Shown here: piece by piece, positions 59,269-64,000 of the stretch
Layout of the letters: each line of letters starts with the position of its first letter
Numbering within the stretch: the stretch's first letter is position 1
Made by a program: the position numbers and the translations under genes
The notes under the pieces: generated by a model
Database searches by the model: none
What the model was told of the DNA's origin: nothing
The model's input: only the letters and a program-made list of their open reading frames with translations
NCBI GenBank assembly: GCA_024276745.1
Contig: JAJRWN010000006.1
Span: forward strand, 11,926-75,925
Direction of reading: 5' to 3'
DNA from: Bacteroidota bacterium
GTDB taxonomy: Bacteria > Bacteroidota > Bacteroidia > Chitinophagales > S012-47
Length of the DNA stretch: 64,000 nt

Positions 59269-59673
59269 TTACTTCACTATTGGCAATCCGGCAGATTGCC
59301 ATTCCATGATACCTCTGTTCAGTTCGTAGATTTCTTTGAAGCCTGATTTTTTCATTTCTTTTGTGGCTATCGAACTTCTGTGTCCTGAACGGCAATAAAC
59401 CAATACGGGAAGATTAATATCCAAAGATTTTATTTGTTTGCTAAAATCAGCTCCATTAACATTGATGTTGCGAGCATTGGCAATGTGTCCTTCCGCAAAT
59501 TCGCCTGGAGTTCGCACATCAATCAATTGTCCGTCAGTATGTTCTGTTATGGCCGTTTGAAAAGAGGCCGCATCAAGTCTTTTATAGCTTTGTCCGTTTT
59601 GAGCGGTTGAGCTACAAGATACGGCTAAAACGGCTATGGCCAATACCGGTAAAAATTTAATTAGTTTTTTCAT
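59269..59673 (-). CDS. rhodanese-domain lipoprotein
   Basis: 134 aa with lipobox 'LAVSCSS' and the active-site loop 'YCRSGHRS'. Confidence 0.85.
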   Translation of the reverse strand: MKKLIKFLPVLAIAVLAVSCSSTAQNGQSYKRLDAASFQTAITEHTDGQLIDVRTPGEFAEGHIANARNINVNGADFSKQIKSLDINLPVLVYCRSGHRSSIATKEMKKSGFKEIYELNRGIMEWQSAGLPIVK

Positions 59674-59993
59674 GTTGTCGTTTTGTTAAATATGGTTCTA
59701 TACGCATGATAACCTCCGATGAGATTGAAAAGTTTCGGATATGCTTTACTTTCAAGAAAACGGCATACCTGCATGCTTCTTATACCATGCTGGCAATAGA
59801 TGAAGATTGATTTTTCTTTTGGAATTTCCAAAAGCCGTTCCACAATATCATTTCTTCCGACATCAAGGTGCAAACTATTTTCTATAATGCCTTCAGCACA
59901 TTCCGAAGCAGTTCTCACATCTATCAAGAAGTAGTTCTTCTCCAGCTTTAGTGCAAGAACAAAGGGTTCGGGATGTAAATTTCTCCATACCAT
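59670..59993 (-). CDS. rhodanese-domain protein (cytoplasmic)
   Basis: 107 aa with no signal peptide and the active-site loop 'YCQHGIRS'. Its stop overlaps the downstream rhodanese start (ATGA). Confidence 0.85.
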   Translation of the reverse strand: MVWRNLHPEPFVLALKLEKNYFLIDVRTASECAEGIIENSLHLDVGRNDIVERLLEIPKEKSIFIYCQHGIRSMQVCRFLESKAYPKLFNLIGGYHAYRTIFNKTTT

Positions 59994-60053
59994 AATTAAT
60001 AATCATCGGGTTTGGTTATGGGCTTACCCTTTTGTAAAAAAAAATAAATCATC

Positions 60054-61673
60054 TCAATCATTGACAAGTAGCAATTTGCGTGTTATTTGATGTTGCTTGA
60101 GGCTTATTTTAATCAAATACATTCCACCTGCCCATTGCGAAGTATTGATGTTGATAGTTGATTCTGAGGGGTAGGGAATGAGCAGCATTAATCTGCCTGT
60201 ATAATCATATATGGCTACTTGCACTGCTTGTAAATCATGTAAGTTGATATGAACCTGCCGGCTTGCCGGATTTGGGTATAAATCAATGATGTTTGTGTTT
60301 GTTTTTGTCGGCTGAATACCGGTAAATATTCCGCAAATTAAACTGTCACTTTGCACATTGCTAACGATGATTTGAGGATTACGGATAGGAATTAATGAAT
60401 CAATCACTGCTGTTAGCGAATCTTGTTTGAATTGAATGGTATTTTTCGGAAATTGATAAAGCGAATCGAAACAATTTACATTGCCGTTATTATCGGTTTT
60501 AATCATATATCCATTTTCATCCATGGAGCCAAAACTTTGAGTAGCGCTACCCCCGAGATTAAAGCCTCCGTCATTAGATTGAACCAGTCCGTAAGTATCA
60601 TCGAAACCGGCATCGCCATACATATGGGTTGATAATAAGTTTCCGGTCATGTCTGTTTGTAACAAGACCGCCTGATTTCCATTCGGCTGATAACTATTGC
60701 TATAGCCTCCAATAGCATGATTTCCATTGGATGTCATAATTACGTCTTCACCAATATCAGTTCCTTTATCTCCGTATGATTTAGTCCATACCAGATTTCC
60801 GTTGGCATCGGTACGCATAAGCAGGATGTCTTGTGCCATTGCGGCATTTGCTGAAGTATATCCGGTAATTACTTGTCCGCCCATTTCGTTGGGGGCCAGT
60901 GCAAAACCTTCCTCATCATTGATACTTCCGCATCTATAATTCCATTGTAAATTTCCATTGCTATCTGATTTGAAAAGCAACACATCTTTATGTGTGGAAG
61001 TTGCATCGTTGGCTGTTCCGGTCACAATTAAATTATTGTTTCCTTGTAGCATCAGGGCATATCCAGTGCTATTCAAGATGGTACCGGAAAATAAAAAGCG
61101 GAAATCTCTGAACCAAATCAGACTTCCGCTAGCACTAATTTTCATCAGAAAAGCATCATCAAAACCAATTCCATTGCCTTCACCTTTATAGCCTGTGACG
61201 GCATAAGCTGTTGTACCTGCATTGTTTGGAACTTCTACAATATCGTATCCTTCCTCAAAAAAAGAATTTCCATAAGTAAAAGACCAAATAAGGTTACCAT
61301 TAAAATCTACTTTTACCATATAAATATCGGGCTCACCTCCCATAGAAAAACTATTTGATGATCCAACGGCTATGTATGCCTTTGAGGTTTCAATGATAGC
61401 ATATCCAATATCTTCTTTTGAACCGCCATAACTTTTAGACCATTGAATGTTTCCGTTTATATCCGTTTTAATAATCCAAAGGTCTTTTGTCTCTTTAGCT
61501 GCTCCCAATACCCGGGCATATCCGGTATAAATATACCCACTATCATGTGTTGCTTTTACATCGTATATCTTTTGATTGCTTGTGTCTGCGGCTATACGCT
61601 GGTATTGGACTTGTGCTTGTGAAAAACTAATACAAATAATGAATAATATGGCTGTAAAAATGGGCTTTTTCAT
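60054..61673 (-). CDS. secreted repeat (beta-propeller-like) protein with T9SS C-terminal sorting domain
   Basis: Signal peptide 'MKKPIFTAILFIICISFSQAQ'. About seven repeats of roughly 50-55 aa carry 'D.NGN..W...YG' (for example 'TDINGNIQWSKSYGG', 'VDFNGNLIWSFTYGN', 'SDSNGNLQWNYRCG', 'TDANGNLVWTKSYGD'). T9SS tail 'LYPNPASRQVHINL...GGMYLIKI'. Confidence 0.75.
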   Translation of the reverse strand: MKKPIFTAILFIICISFSQAQVQYQRIAADTSNQKIYDVKATHDSGYIYTGYARVLGAAKETKDLWIIKTDINGNIQWSKSYGGSKEDIGYAIIETSKAYIAVGSSNSFSMGGEPDIYMVKVDFNGNLIWSFTYGNSFFEEGYDIVEVPNNAGTTAYAVTGYKGEGNGIGFDDAFLMKISASGSLIWFRDFRFLFSGTILNSTGYALMLQGNNNLIVTGTANDATSTHKDVLLFKSDSNGNLQWNYRCGSINDEEGFALAPNEMGGQVITGYTSANAAMAQDILLMRTDANGNLVWTKSYGDKGTDIGEDVIMTSNGNHAIGGYSNSYQPNGNQAVLLQTDMTGNLLSTHMYGDAGFDDTYGLVQSNDGGFNLGGSATQSFGSMDENGYMIKTDNNGNVNCFDSLYQFPKNTIQFKQDSLTAVIDSLIPIRNPQIIVSNVQSDSLICGIFTGIQPTKTNTNIIDLYPNPASRQVHINLHDLQAVQVAIYDYTGRLMLLIPYPSESTININTSQWAGGMYLIKISLKQHQITRKLLLVND

Positions 61674-61778
61674 GATTTAGATTTTAATTTAGTTTGGTTG
61701 AATAATCGTGAAACTACAAATTTTTTTAAATTTTCTAGCGATAACTAGCAATATCTAAACTAATTAAAGATTATTAAA

Positions 61779-62900
61779 TCAAGATAACTGAACCGAGATA
61801 TCCGATGATACTTTGTAAGATAGTTTTTCCATAACAAAACCCCAGTTATCGAGAATTCGATCGAGCTCTTCTTGTGTTATGCTATATTTACCGGTCTGAT
61901 GAGTTATTTGTGTTTGTAGATATTTCTGAAAATTCCTTTTCGAATGATTGAAATCTCCGATATCAAATTGCTTGTAAATTATTTCTATTTCGTGAAGTGG
62001 ATTTTGTAATAAATCATCGTAACTGACAGATCTGAATTTCGAATCCTTAATCAAACTTTTTTGCTTAAATATTTGCCGCATTACATTTTCATACAAGAAA
62101 AATATATCATCGATTATAGCTGATTCGTTGTAGTTCTTAAGCGTAAGGTCGGGAAGGGTTTGAAGAAAAAATTTCTTTGTTGAGCAGTAAACTTCAACCG
62201 GATTTCTATGTATATGAATGAACCGGGCACCCGGAAAAAGTTCATTCAATATGCCTATCCTGGTAGAATTAGGAGGGTTTTTTGACAGTAGTATTTTACC
62301 TTTTGTATTCAATATTGCTTTCGAAGCCAATAATTGATAATCGTGTTTCCATCGTTTTATAACCTTGCTATCAACGTCTTCAAAAAGCATGTATTTGCAA
62401 AACAATTCACGAAGTCTTTCGGGGAAATACCACCAATAATAAAAACAATAAGGGTTCATATTTCCTAAAGCAAATTCTTCTTCCTGTGGATAATCTGCTG
62501 AGAGTTTAATATGATCCACCGGTCTGCTCTTTGGCAATATTCTTTTGACGAATGGTTTGAAAATATGCCGTCCTAGCAAAGCGGTATGTGGAAACAAACT
62601 TTGATAAGTGGTGAAATAGGCAAACTGTTTGTCCTGGCTCAGCAGGTTATGCAGATAGGTAGTTCCACTGCGCCAATGACCAATAATAAAAACAGGCGGA
62701 TGATTGAAGTTTACTTGGCTTACTTGTTTTTTGAATAATAACTTTTCAATAGGTGCCAAACTCGAGATGAGCATACTAATGCCGGCAGAAAGTGAAAGTT
62801 TCGGATAATATCTTAAAGGTGGCTTATTTCCAAGTAAAGCGTGCACAAAATTGATAAATGTGCTTCCGGTGAGTGTGCTGATGTAACGGGTTGCTCTCAT
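61779..62900 (-). CDS. sulfotransferase-family protein
   Basis: 373 aa with a PAPS 5'-phosphosulfate-binding loop 'IIGHWRSGTTYLHNLL' and a 3'-phosphate motif region 'FIHIHRNPVEVYCS'. Confidence 0.75.
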   Translation of the reverse strand: MRATRYISTLTGSTFINFVHALLGNKPPLRYYPKLSLSAGISMLISSLAPIEKLLFKKQVSQVNFNHPPVFIIGHWRSGTTYLHNLLSQDKQFAYFTTYQSLFPHTALLGRHIFKPFVKRILPKSRPVDHIKLSADYPQEEEFALGNMNPYCFYYWWYFPERLRELFCKYMLFEDVDSKVIKRWKHDYQLLASKAILNTKGKILLSKNPPNSTRIGILNELFPGARFIHIHRNPVEVYCSTKKFFLQTLPDLTLKNYNESAIIDDIFFLYENVMRQIFKQKSLIKDSKFRSVSYDDLLQNPLHEIEIIYKQFDIGDFNHSKRNFQKYLQTQITHQTGKYSITQEELDRILDNWGFVMEKLSYKVSSDISVQLS

Positions 62901-63001
62901 GATGCTATACTTACTGCTCTATAAACAATAGAAACGTTTTATACCGGTAATCATTGTTTGATTGGCAATCATTTATCTATAGTAGATGGGCAAGAATAAA
63001 C

Positions 63002-63721
63002 TTAGTTTTTATATAATATTATATTCACATAAAGCATACCTTCAATAATCAAATACTGACCGCTGCCATAAAGCAACATCACCAGAAATTGAACCGGATA
63101 ATTATCAAGCATTTGGGTGAAATGACCGATAGCCAGTAATGAATCTGAAAAAAGAAATAGTATGGCACCAAGAGGAAGTTTCCATATCTTTCGCTTTACA
63201 CCCAGATTGAGTGCAGCCAATACCATCAGTAATAGAAAGATGGAATAAATCACTATCGGTAAAAGCATATCGCCCAAACCGGCAAATAATTGCCATAGCA
63301 GCAGTAATCCATAAGCCGGAAGCACAACGACAAGCCAGGGATAAAAGAAGAGAATATGGTGTCCTTTATATTTACGTGCAGCACGGTTAAAAGCAAGCAT
63401 GTATGTTATCTGAGTAATCAGAAATGCCGTCAATCCGGCTGTAAACGCATTTACAAAATCTTTTGTAAACAATAAAAATACATCGCCCAATAAGCTGAAA
63501 ACAAGGGCAACAATTATCCATTGTTTGGAAGAGGAAGGAATTGCTCTTGTTGCAAAATAAAAAACAGATAGTAAAATGGTCATTAGCAATGGTTTGCTGA
63601 TAATTTCCATCAATATATTACCCCTTGCTATGGCCCATAATTCGAAAAACAATACAGGTATAAAAAGAATTCTGCAAATCAAAACCCAAAATTGATAATC
63701 ACTTTTTGACAGTTTTGGCAT
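63002..63721 (-). CDS. YhhN-family membrane protein (lysoplasmalogenase-like)
   Basis: 239 aa with about eight TM helices and YhhN-type motifs 'FSLLGDVFLLF' and 'LFLFSDSLLAI' (family from memory). Confidence 0.65.
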   Translation of the reverse strand: MPKLSKSDYQFWVLICRILFIPVLFFELWAIARGNILMEIISKPLLMTILLSVFYFATRAIPSSSKQWIIVALVFSLLGDVFLLFTKDFVNAFTAGLTAFLITQITYMLAFNRAARKYKGHHILFFYPWLVVVLPAYGLLLLWQLFAGLGDMLLPIVIYSIFLLLMVLAALNLGVKRKIWKLPLGAILFLFSDSLLAIGHFTQMLDNYPVQFLVMLLYGSGQYLIIEGMLYVNIILYKN

Positions 63722-63834
63722 GGCTTTGTGAAATTAAACAATTGGTAAATAAATATTTCTGAAAAGTAAGCCCCTGTAAAGCATGCAACGAATTATTTTT
63801 TTACTTCTCCTGTTGATACAGCAAATTTGTTATA

Positions 63835-64000
63835 ATGGAAAGAATCTTTAATCTACTTATTTTTTTCTTGATTGGCTTTACAAATATCAATGAACTTAAG
63901 TCACAGACTCGTGTCGATTCCGGATTTATATTTCAACAAGATCCCTACAAGAAATACGCTTTATTTATTCCTTCCTCTTACAATGCCTCAAAACCAGCGA
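63835..64000 (+). CDS. secreted protein, 5' fragment (possibly an esterase/alpha-beta hydrolase); runs off the window
   Basis: ATG 63835 opens 'MERIFNLLIFFLIGFTNINELKSQTRVDSGFIFQQDPYKKYALFIPSSYNASKPA'. It has a signal peptide, and the 'Y.LFIPSSY' context recalls esterase N-termini. Only 55 codons are visible. Confidence 0.35.
   Translation, partial: MERIFNLLIFFLIGFTNINELKSQTRVDSGFIFQQDPYKKYALFIPSSYNASKPA

Noticed and set aside
1-64000. I scanned for CRISPR repeats, tRNA/rRNA-like sequences (for example GGTTCGAATCC-type T-loops in spacers), transposases, integrases, phage or toxin-antitoxin genes, and long direct or inverted repeats marking an island.
   Set aside because: None was found by eye. 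All spacers are 240 nt or shorter, and the gene content is housekeeping and envelope functions. Short or degenerate repeats could have been missed without a computational scan.

Overview
This is an AT-rich, very gene-dense chromosomal core segment that reads as Bacteroidota. Four proteins end in T9SS C-terminal sorting domains. Start codons lack Shine-Dalgarno leaders, and several upstream regions carry an exact TAnnTTTG -7 box. The rpmB-rpmG-small ORF-ftsY-rimO-bshC order is present. In order, the window holds: an 11-gene NDH-1 operon (nuoABCDHIJKLMN, no nuoEFG) with a trailing 118-aa orphan ORF; a FadL-like porin with an SGNH lipoprotein; a giant sensor kinase, a second kinase and one OmpR-type regulator; ffh and rpoD; an envelope cluster (LptF/G-like permease, PAP2 phosphatase, three glycosyltransferases) running into ribBA; tamB; tsaD; purB; a secreted endonuclease I; a PAS-only protein; prfB with its +1 frameshift; rpmB/rpmG; ftsY; rimO; bshC; ftsX; leuS; HMG-CoA lyase; yggS; large T9SS cargo proteins; a thiol/metal-flavoured cluster (Met-rich DoxX-like protein, CMD/AhpD-like enzyme, CDF transporter, two rhodaneses); a sulfotransferase; and a YhhN protein. 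I saw no rRNA, tRNA, CRISPR array, transposase, integrase or phage gene. I also found no convincing novel multi-gene system; this looks like housekeeping DNA. The most interesting items are local anomalies. (1) A lipoprotein gene is split by an in-frame TGA, with 41 further open, protein-like codons behind it. (2) rpmG has no ATG/GTG/TTG start and apparently starts at ATT. (3) The N-module-less NDH-1 carries an uncharacterised extra cistron. (4) There is a rhodanese/CDF/CMD/Met-rich-membrane-protein neighbourhood. (5) Convergent gene junctions are unusually tight or overlapping. All family assignments come from motifs read by eye and from memory of the families; no database search was possible.
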